48,529 nucleotides of DNA, taken from NCBI GenBank assembly GCA_036231405.1, contig JAZAHK010000023.1, positions 1-48,529 on the forward strand, given 5' to 3'. Origin of the DNA: Nitrospinota bacterium (GTDB lineage Bacteria; UBA8248). Positions within the stretch are counted from its first letter, which is position 1, and each line of letters begins with the position of its first letter. Shown here one piece after another: positions 18,462 to 27,851 of this stretch. The position numbers were made by a program, and so were the translations under genes. The notes beneath the pieces are model-generated. The model saw only the letters and a list, made by a program, of their open reading frames with translations, did no database searches and was not told the origin of the DNA.

Positions 18462-19265
18462 TTATCCTGCGAGATCTTCCCCACCATCAACTCTTATGAC
18501 GTTTCCTGTCATCCATTCTGTATTTGAAAGAGAAAAAACGGCGATCGCATTGGCGACTTTTTCTGGAGTTGTGAGTTCTCCGTAAGGATTGGCTTGTTTC
18601 GCTTTTGTAATCATATCAACATTTCCTGGAATTTTTCTCAAGGCAGGAGTGTCTGTGACCCCTGCTTGGACACTATTTGCTGTAATTTTTTTGGAAGCAA
18701 GCTCAACAGATAACTGTCGAACATGGCTCTCTAATGCTGCTTTTGCAGCTGAGACTGCGCCGTAAGTGGCCCATATTCTGTGCCCTCCAGAGCTTGTCAT
18801 TACAAAAATTCTCCCGCCCTCTAGGAAAAGATTTTTTGCGATTAAGTCTTGTGTCCAGTAGACAAGGCTATGTGCCATTACGTCCAGAGTCATATCCATT
18901 TGTTTCGGGTTGATAACATCGTTTATATTCTCAGAAATAAATGGTTTCAGTGTTCCGAACGCAAGGCTATGAAGCATAATTCGAATTTTTGTAGTTGAAC
19001 CATTTAATTTTGTCTCTATTTTTTCCATTGCTTTTGCACGGTCTTCGTGTCCCGCTGCATTAATGTTAAAAAATACAGCCTCTGAGCCAGATGCTTCGAT
19101 TTCTGATTTGATCCTTTCAACGTTTGGAAGAGTAGCTTTTCTGTCTAAGTGGATACCGAAAATATTCATTCCTTCTTTGGCAAGTTTTAAAGAAACTGCT
19201 TCTCCAAATCCGCTGCTCGCTCCAAGAATGAGCGCCCAGTGACCCTTTAACTCTGATGTAGCCAA
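18462..19265 (-). CDS. SDR, FabL-like enoyl-ACP reductase
   Basis: LGASSGFG, YGAVSAAKAALES, TDTPAL, TGNVIRVDGG; TTG at 19265 lies 7 nt after CAGGAG. Confidence 0.8.
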   Translation of the reverse strand: MATSELKGHWALILGASSGFGEAVSLKLAKEGMNIFGIHLDRKATLPNVERIKSEIEASGSEAVFFNINAAGHEDRAKAMEKIETKLNGSTTKIRIMLHSLAFGTLKPFISENINDVINPKQMDMTLDVMAHSLVYWTQDLIAKNLFLEGGRIFVMTSSGGHRIWATYGAVSAAKAALESHVRQLSVELASKKITANSVQAGVTDTPALRKIPGNVDMITKAKQANPYGELTTPEKVANAIAVFSLSNTEWMTGNVIRVDGGEDLAG

Positions 19266-19421
19266 GAATTTTCTCCTGAAAAAAATCAAATCTTTTTCAT
19301 TATAACACTAAATCTTTCCTAAATGTATTTGCTTGTCGGTAAAAGTTAATTTATCTTAATAGTGACCCCGCGTTTGTTACATTATCCAGAACGATGAAGT
19401 TTATTCTTATGAGGACTTTCA

Positions 19422-19970
19422 ATGAAAAGACCGTCTCATTCCGAGATCGAAAATGCGGTTAGTAAAAAGACCTACGATGAGCATAAAGCTGAAGGTCCGC
19501 AGGGGGTTTCTTGTGCGATTATAACTGTGAGTGATACTAGAAATGAGGAAAATGATACAAGTGGAAGATTGATTATAAATGCTTTAGTTGAGAACGGGCA
19601 TAAAGCTGATTTCTATAAGATTGTTAAAGATGAACCTGATGAAATACGCTCTGCCATTGAATCTTTTTCGAAAAGTGATTCAGTGCAGGTAATTCTCACG
19701 AATGGTGGAACTGGTATAACTAAAAGGGATACTACTTATGATGTTGTAGTTTCTATATTAGATAAAGAAATGCCAGGATTTGGAGAAATATTTCGAAATA
19801 TCAGTTTCCAGGAAATCGGCACTCCAGCGATTCTTACAAGGGCAACTGCGGGGGTTTATAAAGATACAATTATAATGACCCTTCCAGGTTCAGGGAATGC
19901 TTGTAGGACAGCGTTGGAAAAGATCATTCTTCCCGAAATTGGTCATATGGTTAGGGAAGTTTTAAGGTAG
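19422..19970 (+). CDS. moaB: molybdenum cofactor biosynthesis protein B (MoaB/MogA family)
   Basis: IITVSDTR...DTSG, IVKDE, TNGGTG..RD.T, PGFGEIFR, RATAG, LPGS. Confidence 0.92.
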   Translation: MKRPSHSEIENAVSKKTYDEHKAEGPQGVSCAIITVSDTRNEENDTSGRLIINALVENGHKADFYKIVKDEPDEIRSAIESFSKSDSVQVILTNGGTGITKRDTTYDVVVSILDKEMPGFGEIFRNISFQEIGTPAILTRATAGVYKDTIIMTLPGSGNACRTALEKIILPEIGHMVREVLR

Positions 19971-20096
19971 AAATTAGGATTTTGTAAATAACCTTTCATC
20001 TTTTATTAATGAATGTTATGTTTGTACGAGTTTTTTCCGAGAATACTATCTTCATGAATTTTATTGTTTCACTTTCAAATTAAAGGTTTTTTTACA

Positions 20097-20585
20097 ATGA
20101 ATAACGTGGCAATCTATCCAGGAACTTTTGACCCACCAACTAATGGCCATATAGATATAGTTAAGCGTTGCCTTCGTATGTTTGAGAAAGTGATTGTTGC
20201 TATTTCAGTTAATCCAGAGAAAACTCCAATGTTCAGTTTTGATGAAAGGAAACAGTTTTTTATGGACGAGTTCAAAAGTGAAGAAGGACTGAGTTTTGTT
20301 AGTTTTGATAAGGAACTCCTTGTTAGTTTTTCAAAAAAAATGGGTGCACAAGTTATAATTAGAGGATTACGTGCAGTTAGTGATTTTGATTACGAACTAC
20401 AAATGACTTTAATGAATCGAAATTTAGATGAAAGTGTTGAGACCATTTTTTTAATGCCCAGTCAACAGTACAGTTTTCTAAGTTCAAGCATAGTCAAAGA
20501 AGTAGCGTCTTTGGGTGGTGATGTGAGTTCTTTGGTTCCTTCTTCTGTTTTTAAATCTTTGAAAAATCATTTCAATATAAAATGA
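20097..20585 (+). CDS. coaD: pantetheine-phosphate adenylyltransferase
   Basis: AIYPGTFDPPTNGH, IRGLRAVSDFDYE, SSSIVKEVA; ATG at 20097. Confidence 0.97.
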   Translation: MNNVAIYPGTFDPPTNGHIDIVKRCLRMFEKVIVAISVNPEKTPMFSFDERKQFFMDEFKSEEGLSFVSFDKELLVSFSKKMGAQVIIRGLRAVSDFDYELQMTLMNRNLDESVETIFLMPSQQYSFLSSSIVKEVASLGGDVSSLVPSSVFKSLKNHFNIK

Positions 20586-20601
20586 CGTTGGAGTTTTTTA
20601 A

Positions 20602-21798
20602 ATGAAATTATCATCAAGAATGGAGAGATTGCCTCCCATTCCAACTCTTGCTATGAACACTAAGGCTGGAGAATTAAGGGCAAAAGGTGTAGATGTTATT
20701 TCATTTGCAGCAGGGGAACCTGATTTTGATACTCCCGATCATATAAAAGAGGCTGCGTCTAAAGCTCTTTTTGATGGAGAAACTAAATACACTGCAGTAA
20801 AAGGGATCCCTTCTCTAAGAGAGGAAATCTGCAATTGGATACTTGAGAATAAGGGGGTATCCTATGATCCAGAGAAGGACGTAGTTGTTACAGTTGGTGG
20901 GAAGCAGTCGGTTTTTAATGCCTTGCATTGTCTTCTTGAAGAGGGGGATGAAGTTGTTATTCCTTCTCCTATTTGGGTTGCATATGAACCAGTTGCAAAT
21001 CTTACGGGAGCTAAAGTCGTTCTCGTTCAGACCAAAGAAGAGAATGGATTTAAGGCAACGGCTGAAGATTTTAGAAAGGCTGTCACTCCAAAGACAAAAT
21101 TGGTTGTAATTAATAGTCCTTGTAATCCTACCGGATGCGTTTACACAAAAATTGAATTAGAAGAACTTGCTGAAGTTGTTTTAGACTCTAACGCTATGAT
21201 TCTTTCTGATGAGATTTACGGAAAAATTTTGTACGATGGAGAGGAACACGTTTCGATAGCTAGCCTTTCTGAAGAGATGAAGGACAAGACATTAATTCTG
21301 GATGGTTTTTCAAAAACTTATGCTATGACAGGTTGGAGAATGGGTTATACTCTCGGTCCTCCAGACATTATAAAGGCTATGGATACTTTGCAAGGACAAA
21401 GTACAAGTAATGTGACTTCGTTTGCCCAGTATGGTGGTATTGCGGCATTGAAAGGTTCTCACGATTTTCTTTATGACTGGTTGGAAAAATATGATGAAAG
21501 AAGGAAGGAAATTGTTGAAGGTCTTCGTAGTATTGATGGTATCGATGTTGTTATGCCTAAAGGTGCTTTTTACGTGTTCCCTAGTATTGACGGACTCTTT
21601 GGGTTGGAGGGCCCCGACGGGGTTCTTAGAAACTCAATGGATGTTGGTCTCTTTTTCTTAGAGCATGCTAGGTGTGCTGCTGTTCCAGGCTCTGGATTTG
21701 GAGATGATAATTTTATACGTTTTTCCTATGCAACCTCTATTGAGAATATCTTGGAAGGTATCGATAGGATTAGATCTGCCGTAAGCATGCTCAAATAA
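20602..21798 (+). CDS. aspC: aspartate aminotransferase (class I PLP enzyme)
   Basis: GEPDFDTP, GGKQ, NSPCNPTG, SDEIY, GFSKTYAMTGWRMGY, PKGAFY. Confidence 0.9.
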   Translation: MKLSSRMERLPPIPTLAMNTKAGELRAKGVDVISFAAGEPDFDTPDHIKEAASKALFDGETKYTAVKGIPSLREEICNWILENKGVSYDPEKDVVVTVGGKQSVFNALHCLLEEGDEVVIPSPIWVAYEPVANLTGAKVVLVQTKEENGFKATAEDFRKAVTPKTKLVVINSPCNPTGCVYTKIELEELAEVVLDSNAMILSDEIYGKILYDGEEHVSIASLSEEMKDKTLILDGFSKTYAMTGWRMGYTLGPPDIIKAMDTLQGQSTSNVTSFAQYGGIAALKGSHDFLYDWLEKYDERRKEIVEGLRSIDGIDVVMPKGAFYVFPSIDGLFGLEGPDGVLRNSMDVGLFFLEHARCAAVPGSGFGDDNFIRFSYATSIENILEGIDRIRSAVSMLK

Positions 21799-22010
21799 TG
21801 TATCTTTTTTCCCGTATTCTTCAATTTATTGCAATGATTGATTGTTGTTTTGCACTAATATGGGGTATGTATAACCCTACTTCTTATGGGAAGCAGTTAA
21901 TTTTTCTTGCCACTGCCGGTCTACTTTTTTATTCTGGACGAATAATACAAAATCGTATTTTGCCTGATTCGTCGGACGTATCTATCTCACAAGAAAAAAA
22001 CAAAAAATAG
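21798..22010 (+). CDS. small two-helix membrane protein
   Basis: TAATG overlap with the aminotransferase stop; two hydrophobic segments. Confidence 0.65.
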   Translation: MYLFSRILQFIAMIDCCFALIWGMYNPTSYGKQLIFLATAGLLFYSGRIIQNRILPDSSDVSISQEKNKK

Positions 22011-22020
22011 ATTTAAACCT

Positions 22021-23385
22021 ATGCAAATTATGAAGAACAAAGGGTTTTTGGATTGGATTAACAGAAGATCAATTTTCTATTTGCAAGAAAATCTTGGACC
22101 TATTGAATCAGAAATTAGAGAAAAATTTAATGTTTCTTTCTCTCAAGGAAAAATTGATCTTGAGATTTACGAGCAAGTTCTTCCTCTTTCTTTTGCTCAC
22201 TTGAGACTATTAAGTGGATTGACTTTTGACGCAGTTTTTCAAGATTTGCACCATCTAAGAAATCTCTATCATGACAATAGTCCTGAAATACAACCTGGCA
22301 CTCTTTATCTCCTCCTCACTTCATTGAGTTCTACTCCCGGCAAGTTGTCATCACTTGCATTAGGAAGAGATGCATTTTTTAGTCTTTTGACGGTAAGGCT
22401 CGCTACGCAAGACCTTAATAAAGAACAAATGAAAAATGAATTGAGAGATTTTTGGAAAATAGAAGATCCAGATGCTGTGCGTTTCTCAATCGATAGAGCT
22501 AAAAATTTTTCTATACGCCTTCAAAGATTAAATCGAGGACTAGAACCTCTTCCAGGTAACATTTATGATCCGATAGCCTCCATATTTCCCAAGTTTTCTT
22601 CTTCTGATTTTTCAGGATATACAGATAACTGTGAACACATTGATTTTGAAGAACTAGCGAAAAGAGTCCATGTACTTGATTACGTGAAGAATAATCTTCA
22701 CTCTATTAAAGAAAGGAAAAAAATTACGAGTGTTATAAACTCTTGTGATCAAATTACGAGAAGTATGGGCGGATTCTTTGATGGAGTCTTGCCATGGGAA
22801 AAGGAACTGATCACTTGGTTTCCTCCAATCTTTCATTCGATCTTGTCTTGGGCAAGTCGTCTCAGACTGCTAGACGATGGAGAAACCCCGATAGCGTATC
22901 CAGGTAGAGAACGATTACCTGATTGGATTGCTGAATTATTTAAGGATCAAATTAGACTGAATGAAGTTAGTGAGCTTTTTCGATTTTTTGTTGGAATAGA
23001 TACTTATCTTATTGTGGGAATTCACGCTAATTCTAAGTCTAAATTTACGAACGTTCGATTTCACTCTCCTCAGTTTGAAACAGACACAAAATTTATTCTT
23101 CGCCTTGTGTTTGGAGGAGAATTCGAAAGACAGATTGTTTTTGATCTTAATCAAAGAAGAGAACTTCTGTGTGCAATTAACTTATTAAAACAAAGAGACA
23201 TTCGTTTGGATATCTTTGTGCAAGATGAAGGGGGGAATCTACGCTTTGGTGTATCAAGATATTTAGAGGATTTTCAGCAGAATATTCAAGAATTGAAGAT
23301 TATAGTTTCTAGTTATGTTTTCAAAAATTTTGACGGTAATGAGGATGACATTAAGATTTCTATTCTAGAAGAACTTTCTGGGTGA
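22021..23385 (+). CDS. hypothetical protein
   Basis: 454-aa ORF in operon context; no recognisable motif. Confidence 0.8.
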   Translation: MQIMKNKGFLDWINRRSIFYLQENLGPIESEIREKFNVSFSQGKIDLEIYEQVLPLSFAHLRLLSGLTFDAVFQDLHHLRNLYHDNSPEIQPGTLYLLLTSLSSTPGKLSSLALGRDAFFSLLTVRLATQDLNKEQMKNELRDFWKIEDPDAVRFSIDRAKNFSIRLQRLNRGLEPLPGNIYDPIASIFPKFSSSDFSGYTDNCEHIDFEELAKRVHVLDYVKNNLHSIKERKKITSVINSCDQITRSMGGFFDGVLPWEKELITWFPPIFHSILSWASRLRLLDDGETPIAYPGRERLPDWIAELFKDQIRLNEVSELFRFFVGIDTYLIVGIHANSKSKFTNVRFHSPQFETDTKFILRLVFGGEFERQIVFDLNQRRELLCAINLLKQRDIRLDIFVQDEGGNLRFGVSRYLEDFQQNIQELKIIVSSYVFKNFDGNEDDIKISILEELSG

Positions 23386-23398
23386 GTTCTTGTGATTT

Positions 23399-24664
23399 TT
23401 ATTTTTTCATTTCTACCAAATGGTAGTTCTTCTTTCCTTTTCTCAGTAAAACATATTTGTCGAAGAGAAGTTTTTCCTTAGAAATTTCCGTTTTTTCTTC
23501 TGTGATTCTTTCGTTGTTAAGATATATCCCTCCGCCAGCAATGTCGTTGCGTGACATGGTTTTAGATTTAGATACGCCTGTAAGTGTTAAAATATCTGTG
23601 AGTAAAATCGGCAGCTTTCCTTCGTATAAGGTATATGGCATTTCATTAGAGACAGAAACTAAATCCTCTTCGCTTATTCCATCTATTTTGCCTGTAAAAA
23701 GCAAATCTGTAACTCTCAATGCACTTTCCGTAGCGGAGCCACCATGAACAAAAGTGGTGAGTAATCTCGCAAGTTCAAGTTGTGCTTCACGTTTTTCAGG
23801 GTTGTCCTTTTGTGCGGTAGCAATTTCCTTAATTTCTTTTTTTGCAAGAAAAGTAAAGTAAGATAAAAATTTGATGACATCTTCGTCGTTAGTTTGTATC
23901 CAGTATTGATAAAATTGGTATGCACTTGTGAGTTCAGGGTCTAGCCAAATATTCCCCTCCTCAGTTTTTCCAAATTTTCTGCCGCTGGAGGTAGTGATGA
24001 GTGGGAAGGTTATTCCCCATATGTTTTTTCCTCTCATCCTACGAACTAATTCAATTCCGGCAGTAATATTTCCCCACTGATCGGAACCCCCGATTTGCAA
24101 TTGGCATTTTTCTGTATCGAATAAATGAAGAAAATCATATGCTTGGAGGATCATGTAGGTGAATTCTGTGTATGAAATGCCTCGTTCGTTGATACGGTTC
24201 TTCACAGACTCTTTCGACATCATATATCCTATGGAGAAATTTTTCCCGATATCTCGTAGAAATTCAATCATATTCATTTTACTAAGCCAATTATTGTTAT
24301 TAAGGATTTTTGCCGAATTAGAACCGCACTTGAAATCAATGAGATTTTGTAACTGAGATTTAATTCCTGCAATATTTTTTTCTAATATTGCTTCATCAAG
24401 AAGATTTCTCTCTTCAGACTTTCCTGCGGGGTCCCCGATCATTCCTGTCCCACCCCCGATAAGAATGATAGGAGTATGTCCATATTTTTGAAATCTTGCT
24501 AGAGAAACAATCGGCATGAGGCTTCCAACGTGTAAGCTAGTTGCTGTTGGATCAAATCCACAATAGACAGGCAACGATTTTGTCGAAAGGGCACTTATCA
24601 TTTCTGGGTTGTCCGTGTAATCGTGGAGTAGTCCTCTTATTTCTAAATCTTCTACAATATTCAT
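23399..24664 (-). CDS. tyrS: tyrosine--tRNA ligase
   Basis: YCGFDPTATSLHVGS, LQAYDF, QIGGSDQWGNI, KFGKT, C-terminal S4-like domain ending RKGKK. Confidence 0.98.
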   Translation of the reverse strand: MNIVEDLEIRGLLHDYTDNPEMISALSTKSLPVYCGFDPTATSLHVGSLMPIVSLARFQKYGHTPIILIGGGTGMIGDPAGKSEERNLLDEAILEKNIAGIKSQLQNLIDFKCGSNSAKILNNNNWLSKMNMIEFLRDIGKNFSIGYMMSKESVKNRINERGISYTEFTYMILQAYDFLHLFDTEKCQLQIGGSDQWGNITAGIELVRRMRGKNIWGITFPLITTSSGRKFGKTEEGNIWLDPELTSAYQFYQYWIQTNDEDVIKFLSYFTFLAKKEIKEIATAQKDNPEKREAQLELARLLTTFVHGGSATESALRVTDLLFTGKIDGISEEDLVSVSNEMPYTLYEGKLPILLTDILTLTGVSKSKTMSRNDIAGGGIYLNNERITEEKTEISKEKLLFDKYVLLRKGKKNYHLVEMKK

Positions 24665-24779
24665 GGATACTCCTGAACTGAAAGTTTGAGGTATACTAAG
24701 AAACGATTTTTGTTCTATAAGAAAAATAGCGGCGGCCTTGTATTCTTTTTACACGTTTTTTTTGCGCGGGGAAAGTTCT

Positions 24780-25526
24780 TTGTCACTTGATTTTAATTTT
24801 GAGGGAAAAAAAATTCTTCTGACGGGAGTAACAGGGGACGTCGGAAGTGTTCTTGCAAGTTCTTTTTTGGAATATGGAGCAAAGCTTTATGGTATCGGAA
24901 AAAGTCCTGAAAAAATTAATGCGATGCAGAGTTTAGAAGGAATAGCCAAATACGTTGCAGTTGATTTCAATGAGATAGAAAAAATAAAGACGACTGCACG
25001 CAAGGGCCTAAATTGGCTAGGAGGTTGCGATATCTTCATTCACACTGCAGCCTATATGCAAGTGAATGATCCCTTGTCACTTAGCGAAAGTGACTGGAAA
25101 TACGCATTGAACATCAATTTGCTTGCGCCCTATTTTTTTATCCAAGAAGCTTTTCCGTTTTTGTGTAAGTCTTGCTCAGGTAGAATTATTCTGTTTGGAT
25201 CCGGTGCTGGAAAACACGGAGGTATAGGAACCAACCTAAGCTATGGAGCTTGTAAGGGAGGAATCCTAGCTATGGTATTCAACTTGGCCAGAGAGTTTGC
25301 AAAGACAAAAGTTACAGTAAACTGCCTGGTTCCTGGTCCGATAGATGGACGTATGATGAAACAATTTGATCAAACTACACTCAAAGCTTCTTTGTCTAGG
25401 CATCCAATGGGAAGGTTTGGATTGCCTGAAGAGATTGTTTCTGCCACTCTTTTTTTGGCAAGTGAAGAAACTGCCCATATTAATGGAGAGGCATTTGATG
25501 TGAATGGTGGATATTATACAGATTAA
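24780..25526 (+). CDS. SDR family oxidoreductase
   Basis: TGVTGDVG, YGACK, NCLVPG, HPMGRFG.PEE, INGEAFDVNGG; probable TTG start at 24780 after GGGGA. Confidence 0.88.
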   Translation: MSLDFNFEGKKILLTGVTGDVGSVLASSFLEYGAKLYGIGKSPEKINAMQSLEGIAKYVAVDFNEIEKIKTTARKGLNWLGGCDIFIHTAAYMQVNDPLSLSESDWKYALNINLLAPYFFIQEAFPFLCKSCSGRIILFGSGAGKHGGIGTNLSYGACKGGILAMVFNLAREFAKTKVTVNCLVPGPIDGRMMKQFDQTTLKASLSRHPMGRFGLPEEIVSATLFLASEETAHINGEAFDVNGGYYTD

Positions 25527-25549
25527 AGAATAAGGGGGAGAATTAGTAT

Positions 25550-25894
25550 ATGGACGAAGCCGGAAAACAAAAATATGAAGAAATGCTTTCGAAAAGAGGA
25601 TTTGTGTTTCCTTCTTTTGAACTACTTTGTGATATGGATCCAGAACTCATAGAACGTTATGAAAATCTTAAGGACTATATCATGGGGAAAGAGAGTGCGA
25701 TGCCTGAAAAGCTTCGTGAGTTATTCATATCTATTGCAATCGCAGTTCGTAATCCTTCCGCTCATAATCAAATTAAACTTCATTTGCAAAGAGCCACGAA
25801 GTTAGGAGCAACACATCAAGAATGTTTGGAAGCATTTGAGTCAATACTCGCCCCATGTGGTATGATGATACTTATTGCGGGATGTGAGGCCTGA
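25550..25894 (+). CDS. carboxymuconolactone decarboxylase/AhpD-like protein (3' end possibly frameshifted, true end 25926)
   Basis: PEKLRELFISIAIA, HLQRATKLGAT.QECLEA; GGGGAG SD. Confidence 0.85.
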   Translation: MDEAGKQKYEEMLSKRGFVFPSFELLCDMDPELIERYENLKDYIMGKESAMPEKLRELFISIAIAVRNPSAHNQIKLHLQRATKLGATHQECLEAFESILAPCGMMILIAGCEA

Positions 25895-25967
25895 AGGAAG
25901 TAATTGATGAAGAAAAAAATAGTTAAAATTTTTGTTTTCCCTTTAGCAAAAAAAGAGGAGATATCCA

Positions 25968-26306
25968 ATGGCAGTCCAAGAAATTGTGTCTCGTTTTCCT
26001 GAAATTCCTGATGACCTAAAGGAAGAGCCAGTTTTTATTGCATACGCGAATGCATTTTCAGACCAGTTACTAAGGGCGCAAAAACCTTCGAATTGTTCTG
26101 TAGACTACGATGCAACCAATCATTATTTTATGAAACTCGTTAACCCAATCGGGATATATAAAATTGGTTTAATGAAAAAAGAATTACTTCTCGCACAGTT
26201 ACAGTCCATGACTGAAGAGTTTGAAAAAGATCCTCAAACATTTCTGGCAAGTTTAATCCCAGAAAATACTCCTGACCAAGAAGTAAGAGGGCCAGGATGT
26301 GTTTAA
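25968..26306 (+). CDS. hypothetical protein
   Basis: Strong GAGGAG SD; 112 aa; ends in RGPGCV. Confidence 0.8.
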   Translation: MAVQEIVSRFPEIPDDLKEEPVFIAYANAFSDQLLRAQKPSNCSVDYDATNHYFMKLVNPIGIYKIGLMKKELLLAQLQSMTEEFEKDPQTFLASLIPENTPDQEVRGPGCV

Positions 26307-26329
26307 TAATTTTAGTTTAACGAGGTTCA

Positions 26330-27295
26330 ATGTCTAGGATAGCAGTAGTAGGGGCTGGTTCCATAGGGTGTGTATTTGGTGCCAGATTATCCTATTTTAC
26401 AAGTCATGAAATAATTTTCTGTGTGAGAACTCCATTCGATACTATAAAGGTCACCATTCCTTCAGGTGTGGATATGCGAGTGGATATGCATCCTACCAAG
26501 AGAAAAAACGAGGGAGAGAAGGTAGCAAGAAAATCTTTAAATGAAATCAATTGCTCTGTTCATTGTGTAACGGATCCAAGTGAAGTATCTCATGTCGATT
26601 GGGTTCTGCTTGCAGTAAAAGGGCATCAGGTTAAGGGTGCATCGGACTGGATGCGTGCGCTCTGTAGCACAGAAACATCAATTGCAGTTTTACAAAACGG
26701 GGTGGAGCACGTGGAAAGAGTGGCTCCTTTTTCTTTTGGGGCGAAAGTGGTTCCTGTGGTAGTGAACTGTCCTGCCGACAGATTTTCTCCGGGAGAGGTT
26801 ACACAGAATTCTCATGCTAAACTTATTGCATCCGACACAGAAGAGGGAAGATTTTTGCAGCAAATTTTTGCAGAGACAGATCTTTCTGTTGAACTTACCT
26901 CTGATTTTGCCACTGAGAGTTGGAGCAAACTTTGCGTAAATGTTGCGGCAGGTCCTGCGACTGCGATCACTTCAACTGGAAGGGGAATTGTTTCTGAACC
27001 TGCTGTTTCAAAAGTATGTTATGAATTGACAAGAGAATGTGCTGAAGTTGCAAGAGCGGAGGGGGCTCTACTTCCTCTAGATTTTGCGGAGAGGGTTATA
27101 GAACGTATTCATGGACAGCCTGCAAATGGAACAACATCCATGCTGGGAGATAAACTTGCAGGAAATCCTTTGGAGGCGGACGCGATGACAGGTGCTGTTA
27201 TACGGTTTGCGGAAAAACACGGTATTTCTGTTCCGACTACCAAAACGATTCATGCATTTTTAATGCAAATTAATCAAAAACATGATTTTGTATAA
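26330..27295 (+). CDS. panE: 2-dehydropantoate 2-reductase (ketopantoate reductase family)
   Basis: VVGAGSIG, LLAVK, LQNG, WSKLCVN, TSMLGD...E.DAMTGAV. Confidence 0.88.
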   Translation: MSRIAVVGAGSIGCVFGARLSYFTSHEIIFCVRTPFDTIKVTIPSGVDMRVDMHPTKRKNEGEKVARKSLNEINCSVHCVTDPSEVSHVDWVLLAVKGHQVKGASDWMRALCSTETSIAVLQNGVEHVERVAPFSFGAKVVPVVVNCPADRFSPGEVTQNSHAKLIASDTEEGRFLQQIFAETDLSVELTSDFATESWSKLCVNVAAGPATAITSTGRGIVSEPAVSKVCYELTRECAEVARAEGALLPLDFAERVIERIHGQPANGTTSMLGDKLAGNPLEADAMTGAVIRFAEKHGISVPTTKTIHAFLMQINQKHDFV

Positions 27296-27347
27296 TTTGC
27301 GAGGACATGACTTATTGAAATTATTATTGTTCTTATAACTAGAAGGT

Positions 27348-27701
27348 CTAATCCTCTATAGTAATATCTTTAGATTGAGCATAGTTTAAAAAATTTCCCC
27401 TGTTACTTTTGTTTTTTAGTGAAAATGGAGTTTGCCATTTTATTTTTAAAACTCTACCGTCGTGAAATTCTATTTTTTCGCATTCGCGTGGAAAAAAAAT
27501 GAAATCAAGAAATTTACCCTTGCTAATTTTTTGTATTTCACTCCATGTGGCATTGAAATGACCTCCAAAGTTCATAAAGTTACTTTTATATTTAATTCCT
27601 ACATCATTGTATGTGAGTTCTCCAGATGAACCCCAAGTAACCATAGAGAATAGCCAACGCCAAAATCCTCCAACTCTAAAGACTTGTTCTTTTTCTCCCA
27701 T
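27348..27701 (-). CDS. hypothetical protein, possibly PH/GRAM-like fold
   Basis: 117-aa ORF; pattern G.LTY...I.YKS...WSEI.KI is reminiscent of PH-like domains. Confidence 0.6.
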   Translation of the reverse strand: MGEKEQVFRVGGFWRWLFSMVTWGSSGELTYNDVGIKYKSNFMNFGGHFNATWSEIQKISKGKFLDFIFFPRECEKIEFHDGRVLKIKWQTPFSLKNKSNRGNFLNYAQSKDITIED

Positions 27702-27851
27702 AAATTTTATATCCCCAAAAATAATATGTAGTATATGTTTATATTATTGATTATTATTTCGTGTTTTTCGAGTATGTGTTTTGAAAAATACCCGGAGAAC
27801 AGACTATTGCATTTAATTTTAAATTTGGAAAAATTTTGAAAGGAAATCTCT

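Noticed and set aside
18426-18486. GGAAGA...TCTTCC-CCACCA resembling the ends of tRNA-Sec
   Set aside because: Only 61 nt, with no TCA anticodon arm or T arm; the 3' part is the antisense of the SDR C-terminal codons (DGGEDLAG).
19290-19421. Possible Moco riboswitch upstream of moaB
   Set aside because: No recognisable multi-stem structure or conserved motif; it reads as an ordinary divergent promoter region.
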